Positions 18,470-28,361 of a DNA stretch of 64,000 bases are shown in pieces. Origin of the DNA: Dehalococcoidia bacterium (GTDB lineage: Bacteria > Chloroflexota > Dehalococcoidia > Lucifugimonadales > UBA3495); NCBI GenBank assembly GCA_965242615.1, contig CBDESR010000002.1, forward strand, positions 4,035 to 68,034, given 5' to 3'. Position numbers and translations under genes: made by a program. The notes under the pieces were generated by a model. It was not told the origin of the DNA. It did no database searches and was given only the letters and a program-made list of their open reading frames with translations. Position 1 is the stretch's first letter. Each line of letters opens with the position of its first letter.

Positions 18470-19288
18470 CTAGCGGCGGCGATTGGGCTTGCGCTTGAAA
18501 ATCCAATTGCGAAAGAGGGCAACGCCACCGACAGCGCCGACAATAAAAACAACCAGTACCGCCTGCTCACCGCTCAACCACCCTACTCCCGGCGCCAGAT
18601 AACTCCAAGCTATAAGCCAGAGAACGGCTAATCCGACCCCGGAGAGAAAGGATGTGGTCAAGAGCCGACCCGGGATGGTAGCCGTGAACGAACGCCAAAT
18701 TTGAGCGTAGCTGGCGTTGGCGGTCGGGACGATGCCAAAGTCATCGTCTCTATTACGACGGGTCTGGGTGACTCTGTTGCGAGGAGTCCGGGTGACGCCA
18801 GAGTCATCGCGTCTGTTGCGAGGGGTTGGGAGGATGCCGGGGACGTCATTGTAGTCGCCGCTATTAGGGGTTGGGAAAATGCCGGGGATGTCGTTGTAGT
18901 CGCCGCTATTAGGGGTTGGAAAGATGCCGGGGATGTCGTAGTCGCCGCTATTAGGGGTTGGGAGGATGTCGGGGCCGTAACCTAGTGCGCTGATCGGGAT
19001 ATTCAGCACTTCCGCAGCAATGGCGGGATCCACATGGTTTATCCCCACCGGCGGAGTCGTTACCAGCACGGCCAAATCGTGAGCAGGGTCTTGGTAAGAG
19101 GCGTGGGCTTGCCGGTATCCAGATTCGCGACTGAACCGGACGCGGAACTGCGTTGCGCCGGCAATCACTTGGTAGTTGGTAATGACGTGGCCTCCGTCGG
19201 AGACGAGAAATCCAGGACCCTGTCCGCGCTCCGTCCAGACGTAGCACTCAGCTGCTTTAACTGCCTGCTCCGAGTAGTCGAAGTACAT
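18470..19288 (-). CDS. membrane-anchored protein with a partial trypsin-like (S1C) N-terminal half, tandem repeats and a C-terminal TM
   Basis: GFLVSDGGHVITNYQVI (His region) and HDLAVLV (Asp region) are present, but there is no GDSGGP serine region. Three PTPNSGDY(N)D(I/V)PGI(F/L) repeats follow, then a TM segment and a basic tail. Confidence 0.55.
   Translation of the reverse strand: MYFDYSEQAVKAAECYVWTERGQGPGFLVSDGGHVITNYQVIAGATQFRVRFSRESGYRQAHASYQDPAHDLAVLVTTPPVGINHVDPAIAAEVLNIPISALGYGPDILPTPNSGDYDIPGIFPTPNSGDYNDIPGIFPTPNSGDYNDVPGILPTPRNRRDDSGVTRTPRNRVTQTRRNRDDDFGIVPTANASYAQIWRSFTATIPGRLLTTSFLSGVGLAVLWLIAWSYLAPGVGWLSGEQAVLVVFIVGAVGGVALFRNWIFKRKPNRRR
18821..18976. repeat. tandem 45/45/42-bp coding repeats
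   Basis: aggggttggga(g/a)(g/a)atgccgggga(c/t)gtc(a/g)ttgtagtcgccgctatt occurs about 3.5 times. Confidence 0.85.
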
Positions 19289-19337
19289 CTCGGCTTCCCT
19301 CAGTGTTGTTTGGCATCCGCCGTACAGAGTGTAAAAA

Positions 19338-19412
19338 TGGAGCGGGCGATGGGATTCGAACCCACGACTCTTTGCTTGGGAAGCAAATACTCTACCACTG
19401 AGTTACGCCCGC
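19338..19412 (-). tRNA. tRNA-Gly (anticodon CCC), CCA encoded
   Basis: Reverse complement: GCGGGCG-TA-ACTC-AGTGGTA-GAGT-A-TTTGC-TTCCCAA-GCAAA-GAGTC-GTGGG-TTCGAAT-CCCAT-CGCCCGC-T-CCA. This gives a full cloverleaf with anticodon loop TT-CCC-AA. Confidence 0.9.
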
Positions 19413-19591
19413 CCGCATTGGCGCCCGCATTGGACGGAAGGAATTATAACACACCCCGATACGGTTTGCCAACCCTGATACCGCCGCAATTTGCATTTGA
19501 TTACTTTTCACCCACCCTGAACACGTTGCCGGTCAGGAATAACCAAAAGCAAACAGAACCTATGAGGATTTTGGCGCTATTACATAACTAT

Positions 19592-19632
19592 CGACTTACT
19601 TACCGTCATTCCCACTTTCGTAGGAATGACGG
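19592..19632. repeat. REP family 2 copy (hairpin ccgtcattcc-cactttcgt-aggaatgacgg)
   Basis: Inverted arms, plus the flanking cgacttactta that is shared (as a reverse complement) with 27210-27230. Confidence 0.75.
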
Positions 19633-19661
19633 TTTTAATGCGCCGAGGACGGCCGCGGCCG

Positions 19662-20450
19662 CTACTCCGGTGTTACTTGGGCAATGCCTAGATAGACGCC
19701 TTGGGGGTCTTTGATGAAGGCGAAGCGGATGTTGCCCTCCTGCGTTACCGGGACGATGATCTCCGCCCCCAAGCCTACCGCCTGCTGCAAACTGGCGTCG
19801 CAGTCGTCAACGCCCAGGTAGATGGACCAGTTGGGCGGCACTTCGCCCCACTCCGGCTTAATTCCCATCATCCCGGCGATGGGCTGCTCGCCGTTCTTAA
19901 AGATGGTGTATTCCTCTTGTTCCGAGCCGACGTGTTCCAGGTTGGCCGTCCAGCCTAGAAAGTCGGCGTAGAACTGGCCGGCTTTAGCCGTTTCATGGGT
20001 GTAAAGCTCGTTCCAGCCCATGGCCCCGGGCTGATAGACCAGTTGGGCGCCGATATGCTCTTTGGGCTGCCAGAGGCCAAAGGCGGCGCCGGTGGGGTCG
20101 ACGGCCATAGCCGTCCGGCCGGCGTCAAAGACATCGAACGGCTCCTGTATCAGGGAGCCGCCAACAGCCTTGACCCGGGCCGCGGCGGCGTCCACATCGG
20201 CAACGGCGATAAAACTCTCCCAATGGGCCGGGATGCCCTGTTCGCGCATCCCGGCGTCCATTTCGTAGAGGCCGACGACATTCTTGCCGTCCTTCTGGGC
20301 CATGGTATAGACCATATCCGGGCCGGCCGGGGCGTCGGTGTAAGTCCAGCCCATCAGTTGGGCGTAAAACTCTTTGGACGCCGCGGCGTCCGTAGTGGCA
20401 AGGTGGATCCAGCAAAAGTTTCCGGGGGCGTGGCTGTTCACTTCGACCAT
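19662..20450 (-). CDS. two-domain VOC (glyoxalase/bleomycin resistance/dioxygenase) family protein
   Basis: Two repeats of the beta-alpha-beta-beta-beta module, e.g. FYAQLMGWTY... and FYADFLGWTAN... Confidence 0.75.
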   Translation of the reverse strand: MVEVNSHAPGNFCWIHLATTDAAASKEFYAQLMGWTYTDAPAGPDMVYTMAQKDGKNVVGLYEMDAGMREQGIPAHWESFIAVADVDAAAARVKAVGGSLIQEPFDVFDAGRTAMAVDPTGAAFGLWQPKEHIGAQLVYQPGAMGWNELYTHETAKAGQFYADFLGWTANLEHVGSEQEEYTIFKNGEQPIAGMMGIKPEWGEVPPNWSIYLGVDDCDASLQQAVGLGAEIIVPVTQEGNIRFAFIKDPQGVYLGIAQVTPE

Positions 20451-20621
20451 AAGGGAAAACTACTCCTGACCAAGATTTGGAACACCTGTGCCAATATACC
20501 GCAAAGCAGTTCCCGGCGTCAAGGCGCAACTGTCAGTGATTTCAGGCATTATCGCCGCCGCCCCCGTCGCTTGCGACGCCCTGGTTTGGAGAGCATCCCC
20601 GGATTTATCCCCTCGCCGCAG

Positions 20622-22464
20622 CTAATTAGCTCCCGGCAAAGCAACTTCCCACAGCGCGCCCTCCGCCGTGAACTGTCCCGTGCGAATTTCAGTAATGGGA
20701 TAATTCGGCAGTTCCACCACCGCCAGGCATTTTCCGTCAAACCAATGCCCCCGCCGGTTAAAGTCAAAATCCAAATTGCTGAAACCGTGCGGCCGCCGTT
20801 CCGCCGGCAAATCCTCCGGGTTCTCCGGGATTAGATGCAGAAAGAACCGGTCGGCAACATCCGCCGGGGCACAACTTTCCTTGAAATAATACAGGGCATT
20901 ATCATAGCGGTACAGGTCAAAAATCCCCCGCGTCAGCGGTGCCCCGGCTTTCCCCCGGGCCACCGTTTGATACGCCGCCCGATAATAGTCCGCATCCAGG
21001 TCCAGACGGACGCTCCACAAGGGAACTTCCCGGAAATCGTCCTGGCCGGTGTAGATTTGGGCAATGGGATAGTCCGGCAGCTCGACCACCGCTACACACT
21101 TCCCGTCGCCGGACAGAAACCCTTTTCTCTTATCCTCATACCTGAAGTCCAGATTCTGGAAGCCCCTGGCCCGGTGGTCTGCCGGCAGGTCCGCCGCATC
21201 AATCGCCAATATATGCAGAAAAAACCGCTCCTCCAGCTCCAGCCCGCGGGCGCAAGCAGAATTCTTTACATAATCCAGCCATCCCGGCCGATAATAGAGA
21301 TCCCAGTAACCGGCCGACACCGTCGGCTGGGTAGTCAACCGAGTCTGATACTCCCGCTGCAAGGCCGCATCAAACTGCCGATCTAAAACGGCCAGCCCGA
21401 TACTGCCCCCGGCCACCAGCAGGCAAACCGCCGGCCACGCCACCGCCAGGAATGGTATCCCCACCTTCCGGCCCGGCGACCGACCTTCGACTTGGGGGGG
21501 GGGTACAATCAACCGCGACCTCCGGCCCTGCCCCAACCCGGCTGACCCGCCGCCACCAAGTCCGCCACGGCTCCCGGCCGCCATCCCGCAACGCCTGGAG
21601 TCCGTAAAGAAAAGCCGCCAATCCCAGCAGGTATTCTACTATTTCACTGAATGTCCAGTAGGCGTCTTCCTGATTTAGCAAAGTAAAAGTGCCGCGCACA
21701 CTGAATATCGCCCCGCTCAGCATAACAAGCGCTACGACGGCCAGCAGCAGCCTTTTATCCCGGGTCAGCAGGGCGACTCCCAGGAAAATCCCCATAATCG
21801 GGAGAAATGCCCCACCCTCCACAGCAATGGCTTCCGCCAGGGAAACCTCCCGGTGCAGCATTGCCGCCATTGCAAAGAAAAAAGCCAGCCAAAGGGACGG
21901 CAAAGGCAACTTGCCCAACCGGTATTTCCCCACAAGGAAAGCCGCTACCGTTGCCACGCACCCCAGCTCTGGAAGCCGGTGTATGAGCATTTGAAAGAGC
22001 CAGAATGAAATGATATTATGGAAGTTAGTCTCACCCTGATGATTGACTTCCTCCACAAAGCCCGGAGTAGCAAATCCAAAGATATGCTGACCCCAACTAA
22101 TCTCCTCGCCGGCAATAAAGAATAGACCCAGTGCCGCCAGAATATAAACCGGCGCAGCCCGCCCCACAGCCACCGCAGCCAGCAGCAGTGCCAAACCAGC
22201 CCCGACAAACAAAGCCGCCGTCAGCCGCTCAACCAGCGTTCCCTCCCTCTCCCCTCCCGCCAGATCGCTGTAGCCGGCAATTCCATAAAAATAGAGCAGC
22301 GTCAATGCATTCAGGCAAAAGACCGTAAAGCTGAACAGGGACAGCCGGCCGTAGAGACCCGGTGCCGCCGCCGTAATCCCGCCCTCCGTCACTACCGCGC
22401 GCATTGCCTTGCCCCCAGCGGCAATAACCCGTGCCGCCGCCAAACGAAAATTAAGCCAAGGCAT
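20622..22464 (-). CDS. large polytopic membrane protein with an extracytoplasmic repeat domain (paralog of 29780..31612), split at the C10 tract
   Basis: ORFs 21370..22464 (TM domain, motif FIAGEEISWGQHIFGFATP) and 20622..21584 (two FFLH...DLP..R..GF.NLDF...DGKC.AVV.LP.YPI repeats) are colinear with the single 611-aa paralog. Changing C10 to C9 restores ...AVDCTPPQVEGRSPGRK... Confidence 0.7.
21494..21503. repeat. G10 homopolymer (C10 on the coding strand) inside the membrane-protein gene
   Basis: Counted directly from the sequence. Confidence 0.9.
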
Positions 22465-22635
22465 ATCCTCCGCTCCGTCCGCTGTAGTAAGCTGGAATTA
22501 TAGCCGCGCCGGCCCCGTTATCAAGCCGCCAAGTATATGCAATTGCCTTGGGGACGGACAGCCCCCAATTGCCCCCGCCCCCCAATTTGATATATAATAC
22601 TCCCTGGAAACACCAACCCCCCACAAGGAGCTACT

Positions 22636-23436
22636 ATGACTTCCCTGGACGCAAGATTTCAACAGGGTCAGCAGATGCGCGCCACTATGGCCGCCGGCGA
22701 CCCCAGCCACTTCACCCTGCCCGGCATCGACCAGTTGGCCCCCGACCTGAAACGCATCGTTGACGAAGCCCTTTTCGGCTCCATCTGGAACCGCCCCGGC
22801 CTCGATGTTACCCAACGCTGCATCTGCACTATGTCCGCGTTGATGGCGATGGGCCAACTCCCCTTGCTCCACCGCCACATCGAGCGCGCCCTCAACCTCG
22901 GCCTCACTCCCGCCCAGGTCGTCGAAGTTTTCATCCAGATGACCTTTTATGTCGGCGTCCCCTCCGTGGAAACCGCCCTCCGCACTGCCAAGGAAATTTT
23001 CGACGAGCGCGGCATCCGTTTCACCCCCACCGAAGTGTACGACCCTGACCGCTCCGCCGATGACCTATACCAGTTGGGCCTGGCCACCCATGAGGAACAC
23101 ATGGGGGACATCACCATCTATTACACCGGCGACCCCAATACCCCCGAAATGCAGCTCGAGCGGCTCATTAACGAATACAATTGGGGCGCCATTCATACCC
23201 GCCCCCACCTCGACGCCAAAGCCCGCTCGATGTGTTCCCTGGCCGCCCTGACCGTGATGGGCCACTACGACCGCCAACTCCGCCGCCGCATTGCCGGCGC
23301 CTTGCGGGTGGGAATGACTCCCATCGAAATTATGGAAGTATTCATCCAGCTCACCCTCTACGGCGGCTACTTCAACACCCGCACCGCCATGCGTATCGCC
23401 CGCTCCGTATTCAGCGAGGAGGGCATCGCCGAGTAA
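22636..23436 (+). CDS. carboxymuconolactone decarboxylase (CMD) family protein, two CMD domains
   Basis: Two internal repeats (WNRPGLDVTQRCICTMSALMAMG... and HTRPHLDAKARSMCSLAALTVMG...). Confidence 0.75.
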   Translation: MTSLDARFQQGQQMRATMAAGDPSHFTLPGIDQLAPDLKRIVDEALFGSIWNRPGLDVTQRCICTMSALMAMGQLPLLHRHIERALNLGLTPAQVVEVFIQMTFYVGVPSVETALRTAKEIFDERGIRFTPTEVYDPDRSADDLYQLGLATHEEHMGDITIYYTGDPNTPEMQLERLINEYNWGAIHTRPHLDAKARSMCSLAALTVMGHYDRQLRRRIAGALRVGMTPIEIMEVFIQLTLYGGYFNTRTAMRIARSVFSEEGIAE

Positions 23437-23437
23437 A

Positions 23438-23578
23438 ATGGCTAACATCGCCGCCGGCCCCAACCTCGAACTGTCCCGCACCGTCGGCAAGATTGAAAGC
23501 TTCCTTGCCGAAATCCGCTGGACTAACCGCATCCTGGTCGGCGGCGTCATCCTGCTGATTATCAAGGAATGGCTCTAG
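23438..23578 (+). CDS. possible 46-aa membrane micro-protein
   Basis: The ATG is 2 nt after the CMD stop. MANIAAGPNLELSRTVGKIESFLAEIRWTNRILVGGVILLIIKEWL has one C-terminal TM. It is below the ORF-track length cutoff. Confidence 0.3.
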   Translation: MANIAAGPNLELSRTVGKIESFLAEIRWTNRILVGGVILLIIKEWL

Positions 23579-23642
23579 CCCCTGTTGAGCTGAACCGCCG
23601 GCCGCCGCCGGCCATCCCCTACCCAACAACCCGGGAGCTGCT

Positions 23643-24434
23643 ATGCAAGTCAAACTGCCCGACGGCGCGGAACTCTTTTACACCGTGGACGACTACACCG
23701 ACCCCTGGACGACGCCCGAAACCGTCGTAATGCACCACGGCATGGCTAAAAACCACCGCCTCTGGTATGCCTGGGTGCCGGTTATTGCCCGCCATTACCG
23801 GGTTATCCGCTACGATATGCGCGGAATGGGCCAATCCGCCGTCCCCGAACCCGGCTACCCCTGGTCCGTGGACAACTTCGCCCAAGACCTGCTCGACTTC
23901 CTCGACGCCTTGGACCTCGAACGCGTCCACCTGATTGGCGAAACCGTGGGCGGCTCCATCGGGATGCGCTTTGCCACTCTGCATCAGGAACGTCTCCTTT
24001 CCCTCACCGCCTGCACCTCCCCGGTCAGCTTCGACGACCCCCATCATCAGGAAAGCGCCGACTTGATTGAGCGGGAGGGCGTCGCCGCTTGGGTTGAAAG
24101 CACCATCGGCCGCCGCCTCGACCCGGAAATGGTCTCCCCGGACTACATCCGCTGGTACGCCGCCCAAATGTCCGCTACCCCGGCCCATGTGGTCGGCGGC
24201 TTTCAGCGCAACGCCGGCGGCGACTTGCGCCCCTTGCTCGGCAGCGTCCAAACCCCGGTACTGATACTAGCCGCCGCCCGCCTCCGCGAGGAAGTGTTAG
24301 GCGATTTCCGGGACGCAGCCGACTACTTCCCCAACGGCCGCCGCGTCGTCTTTCCCGGCGTCAACGGCTTTGTCCAGCACATCCTGCCTACCCCTTGCGC
24401 CCGCGCTTGGCTCGACTTCGCCCGCAGCCTCTAA
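23643..24434 (+). CDS. alpha/beta hydrolase (3-oxoadipate enol-lactonase-like)
   Basis: The fold pattern HHGMAKNHRLW ... VHLIGETVGGSIG is present. The nucleophile elbow reads G-E-T-V-G, with Thr where Ser is expected. Confidence 0.7.
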   Translation: MQVKLPDGAELFYTVDDYTDPWTTPETVVMHHGMAKNHRLWYAWVPVIARHYRVIRYDMRGMGQSAVPEPGYPWSVDNFAQDLLDFLDALDLERVHLIGETVGGSIGMRFATLHQERLLSLTACTSPVSFDDPHHQESADLIEREGVAAWVESTIGRRLDPEMVSPDYIRWYAAQMSATPAHVVGGFQRNAGGDLRPLLGSVQTPVLILAAARLREEVLGDFRDAADYFPNGRRVVFPGVNGFVQHILPTPCARAWLDFARSL

Positions 24435-24489
24435 CCCATTTCCCAATTCCCGCCCCAAATCCCGGTCCAAGATACAAGGATACAACGCT

Positions 24490-25899
24490 ATGTCCGATTC
24501 CCTCAGCCGCTCCCTCGCCCGTTTCACCGACGCCTTGCAGTACGAAACCCTGCCCCCGGAAGTCGCCGACAAAATTAAAGCCTCCCTGCTCCACGCCCTG
24601 GTCATCGCCATCCTTGGCGCGGAAACCCCCCACGGCCAAGCCGCCATCGCCTTGGCCAAAACCGAGGAGGGCAAACCCGATGGCGCGACCATCCTGGTTG
24701 ACGGCAGCCGCGCCACCCGCTGCGGCGCCGCCTTTGCCAACAGCAAACTGATGCACGCCACCAACCAGTCCGACTCCTATCGGATGCTCTTGCACCCCGG
24801 CCCCTGCCTCATCCCCGCCGGCTTGGCCACCGTCGAACTGGAACGCCACACCGGCCGCGAACTCATTACCGCCTTGGCCGCCGGCTATGAAGTCCAAGCC
24901 CGTATCGCCGCCGACTTCATCCCCTCGACCCAAGCCCGCGGCTTCCGCTCCAGCCCGGTCTATGGCACCATCGGCGCCGCCGTCACCGCCGGCAAGCTCT
25001 TGCGCCTGAACGAGGACCAGTTAGTAACCGCCATCGCCCTGGCTTGCACCTTTGCCGGCGGCACCACCGAAGGGGCGCGCAGCGGCGGCCGCGAAATGCT
25101 TTTCCACGAACCCAACGCCACCCGCAACGGCATTATGGCCGCCCTGTTGGCCCGGGAAAATGTCCGCGGCTCCGAAACCGCTTTAGAGGGCGACGCTGGC
25201 TTTTACAACGCCTTTACCGGCAACAACCGCGGGGAACTCTCCTATGTTTTCAGCGGCGACAAGCAAGTATTGTTGGATACCGTCGTAGCCGACCTCGGCC
25301 AGCGTTGGGAACTGCTCCATGTAACCCCCAAAATCTACCCCACTGCCGGCTACAACTGCCCGGTCATTGAACTGATGACCGACATCCGCGCCGCCCACCA
25401 GCTGCCCATTGCCAACATCGAAAAAATCACCGTCGACCTGAACTGGCTGGAAACTACCTACCCCTCTCCGGCCTTTCCCAATCCCGCCCGCAGCGCCGAC
25501 GCTCCCGGCATTGGCAGCACCCACTACTTCGCCGCCTACACCTGCGTTAATGGCCGCTACCCGCCCCTGAAAGCCCGCATCGACCCCGGCGACGCCGCCG
25601 CCGAGGACGACGCCGTAGTAACCTATCTTACCCGCCTGGTCGAAGTAGTCGGTCACCAGGACCGTCCCGCCTTTGCCCCCCGCATCACCATTGCGATGCG
25701 CGGCGGCACCGAATACCAGGGCGAATACCGGGGCAACGAACTGGAGTGGGACTTGGCCACGGAAACCGCCCGCCTCAGCCCCCTGTTCCCCGAAATCCCT
25801 TGGCCCCAAGCCAAGCTGACCGCCCTCTGCGACCTAATCGCCGCCCTCGAACAAGAACCTCGCATCGACCGTTTGCTCCAGCTCTGCACCCCGGACTAA
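24490..25899 (+). CDS. MmgE/PrpD family protein (2-methylcitrate dehydratase-like)
   Basis: Full-length similarity pattern (LARFTDALQYETLPPEVADKIKASLLHAL...). The ATG at 24490 is preferred over the upstream low-complexity extension. Confidence 0.8.
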   Translation: MSDSLSRSLARFTDALQYETLPPEVADKIKASLLHALVIAILGAETPHGQAAIALAKTEEGKPDGATILVDGSRATRCGAAFANSKLMHATNQSDSYRMLLHPGPCLIPAGLATVELERHTGRELITALAAGYEVQARIAADFIPSTQARGFRSSPVYGTIGAAVTAGKLLRLNEDQLVTAIALACTFAGGTTEGARSGGREMLFHEPNATRNGIMAALLARENVRGSETALEGDAGFYNAFTGNNRGELSYVFSGDKQVLLDTVVADLGQRWELLHVTPKIYPTAGYNCPVIELMTDIRAAHQLPIANIEKITVDLNWLETTYPSPAFPNPARSADAPGIGSTHYFAAYTCVNGRYPPLKARIDPGDAAAEDDAVVTYLTRLVEVVGHQDRPAFAPRITIAMRGGTEYQGEYRGNELEWDLATETARLSPLFPEIPWPQAKLTALCDLIAALEQEPRIDRLLQLCTPD

Positions 25900-26024
25900 C
25901 CGGCAGTCCCTTTGATTGTCGAAAACATCTCGAAAAATCCGCGAGAGTGGATTTGCCGCCGCCGCCGGTCAGTGCTATGCTGTGCGGGTGAAGGGCAGGA
26001 AGTCCCCTTCAGCAGCGAGGCTTT

Positions 26025-26417
26025 ATGTCCAGCGAAGTAATCGCCATTCTTGGCGTCGGCGTCGGTTTGGCGGCCCTTATACTCAGCTTGGGTGGGCTGC
26101 TGGTTACGCTGTTCATTCGGTCCGAACGGCGCAGTCAGGAACGGCATGACCGGTTGGAAGCCCAGTTCCACGCCTTTCGCGCCGAAATGCGAGCGGACCA
26201 AGACGCCCATCGCACGGAAATCAATGAGAAACTGGCTACCCACCAAGAGGAGCTGGCGGCGCACAAGGCGGATACCGCCAACCAGTTCGCCGCCGTGAAC
26301 GTCCGCCTGGATAACCTGCAAGCCTGCTTGGAACAGCGTTTTGACGCCATTGAGCGCAGCCAAGCCAAGCTGGAGGGCAGCTGGAGATTATTCAAGGGCT
26401 GCTGTTCCAGCGGGTAA
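26025..26417 (+). CDS. N-terminally anchored coiled-coil protein
   Basis: One N-terminal TM (VIAILGVGVGLAALILSLGGLLVTLFI) followed by a heptad-rich helix. Confidence 0.5.
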   Translation: MSSEVIAILGVGVGLAALILSLGGLLVTLFIRSERRSQERHDRLEAQFHAFRAEMRADQDAHRTEINEKLATHQEELAAHKADTANQFAAVNVRLDNLQACLEQRFDAIERSQAKLEGSWRLFKGCCSSG

Positions 26418-26547
26418 CTATCTCCTGAACCGGGCCCGGGTTACGGCAGGGGAATTTTTGCATTCATCCCCCCTTGCCAACCCCTCAATTCAACCCGCAA
26501 AATAAACCTTGCAAACCCTCAACTCCAACCCGTCGGGAGCGTACAAT

Positions 26548-27102
26548 ATGGTTGCCCAAACCCAACTTATGACCGCCGATGAACTGCTGGCCCTCCCCGA
26601 CGACGGCTATCGCTACGAACTGGTCCGAGGAGAATTGAGAAAAATGCCGCCCGCCGGCGCCGAACACGGCGAATTGTCCGTCAACATTGCGGTCTCCCTG
26701 TCCCTTTATGTGAAAGCCCATAACTTGGGCAAGGTTTATGCCGCCGAAACCGGGTTCCGCATCGGCGCTGACCCCGACCACGTCCGCGCCCCGGACGCCG
26801 CCTTTGTCCGCCAAGAACGGGTCGAAGCCGCCGGCGGCCGTATCCCCGGCTACTTTCCCGGCCCGCCTGACTTGGCAGTGGAAGTAATCTCTCCCAATGA
26901 CCGCTATACCGAAGTCGCCGAAAAAGCAGCCGACTGGCTGGCGGCCGGCGTCCAGCTGATAATCCTCGTCGACCCCCGCCGCCGTACCGTAACCTGCCAC
27001 GCTCCCGGCCAAGCCCCGGTCACCCTGACCGACCAGGACACCCTCGACGGCAATCCCGTAATCCCCGGCTGGCAAATGCTGGTAAGCGACATCTTTGCCT
27101 GA
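26548..27102 (+). CDS. Uma2 (DUF820) family endonuclease, copy 1
   Basis: MVAQTQLMTADELLALPDDGYRYELVRGEL..MPPAG..H ... PDLAVEVISP matches the Uma2/PD-(D/E)xK pattern. Confidence 0.8.
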   Translation: MVAQTQLMTADELLALPDDGYRYELVRGELRKMPPAGAEHGELSVNIAVSLSLYVKAHNLGKVYAAETGFRIGADPDHVRAPDAAFVRQERVEAAGGRIPGYFPGPPDLAVEVISPNDRYTEVAEKAADWLAAGVQLIILVDPRRRTVTCHAPGQAPVTLTDQDTLDGNPVIPGWQMLVSDIFA

Positions 27103-27173
27103 TCCCCAACAACGCCATCCATTATGCCCCATCCTCAGCCGCTGTACCCCAAAATCTCCATACCTTATCGAAA

Positions 27174-27230
27174 CCGTCATTCCCACGAAAGTGGGAATCC
27201 AGATAGACGGGAATGACTGTAAGTAAGTTG
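27174..27230. repeat. REP family 2 copy (double)
   Basis: ccgtcattcccacgaaagtgggaatccagatagacgggaatgactgtaagtaagttg. Confidence 0.75.
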
Positions 27231-27291
27231 CCAAGTATATGCGATAGCCTTGTCCAGCCTGTCCCCCATACCGCCCCAAGGAAAATCCGCT

Positions 27292-28245
27292 ATGCCCCCC
27301 ATTCTCAACAGACAGCCCCCCAAAGCCGCTTCCCTAACCGCCGCCGCCCTCCTATTGCTCCTCCTAATGACGGCGGCGGCCGCCTGCTTCTCCCCTCCAG
27401 CCGGCCCGCCCACTCCCCTGCCCGGCGGCCCCCAACACAGCGCAATAATGGTCAGCTCCGACCTCGCCGCCGGCCCCAACCGCATCGCCTTCGCCCTCGT
27501 TGACCGGGACAACCGCCCCGTCCCGGCCCAAACCGCCCAAGTCCGCGCCCTCTACACTCCCCCCAACGCCGACCAGCCAGTAGAAAAACAGACCAACCTA
27601 GCCCAGTTCCTCCCCTGGCCGCCGGAGGGCAGCAACCGCGGCGTCTTTGTAACCCACATCACCTTCGACCAACCCGGCGAAGCCATCCCGGAGAACCCCG
27701 GCTTGTGGGAACTGGAAATCACCGCCGTAACCGACAGCGGCTCCACCGTCCATGCCAAAACCGCTCTCCGGGTAACCGCAAAATCCTCCACCCCGGCCCT
27801 CGGCGCGCCGGCTCCCCGAAGCGTAACCCCCGCCGCCGGCCCTACAACTGACCTGGCTACCATCACCAGCGCTCCCGAACCCGATCCGGAACTCTACCAG
27901 CTCTCGGTACATCAGGCGTTAGACGCCGGCTTGCCCTTGGTCATCCTCTTTTCCACCCCCGCCTTCTGCGTCAGCGCCACCTGCGGCCCCCAACTGGAAA
28001 TCCTCGCCAACCTCAAAGACCGCTACCGCGGCCAAGCCAATTTCATCCACATCGAAGTCTTTGCCAATCCCCACCTAATCCAAGGCGACCGCCTCTCCGC
28101 CCAACGCGTCCCCGCCGTAGATGAATGGGGCTTGCCCACCGAACCCTGGACTTTCATCATCGACCGGCAAGGCAAGATCGCCGCCAAATTCGAGCAATTC
28201 ACCCCGGAGCCAGTATTAGCCGCCGCTCTGGAATCCATCCTGTAA
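27292..28245 (+). CDS. thioredoxin-fold lipoprotein (redoxin/SCO-like, C-x4-C)
   Basis: Lipobox LLLLLMTAAAAC. The C-terminal domain has LVILFSTPAFCVSATCGP and ...PWTFIIDRQGKI, typical of the redoxin fold. Confidence 0.5.
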   Translation: MPPILNRQPPKAASLTAAALLLLLLMTAAAACFSPPAGPPTPLPGGPQHSAIMVSSDLAAGPNRIAFALVDRDNRPVPAQTAQVRALYTPPNADQPVEKQTNLAQFLPWPPEGSNRGVFVTHITFDQPGEAIPENPGLWELEITAVTDSGSTVHAKTALRVTAKSSTPALGAPAPRSVTPAAGPTTDLATITSAPEPDPELYQLSVHQALDAGLPLVILFSTPAFCVSATCGPQLEILANLKDRYRGQANFIHIEVFANPHLIQGDRLSAQRVPAVDEWGLPTEPWTFIIDRQGKIAAKFEQFTPEPVLAAALESIL

Positions 28246-28361
28246 CGCTTACCTCCCATACCAGAAAACCGTTGCCCATTCCCCCCTTGCCAACTCCCCG
28301 TCCAACCCGTAAAATAGCCTCCTCCAAAGCCCGCCACATCCACCCGTCGGGAGCGTACAAT

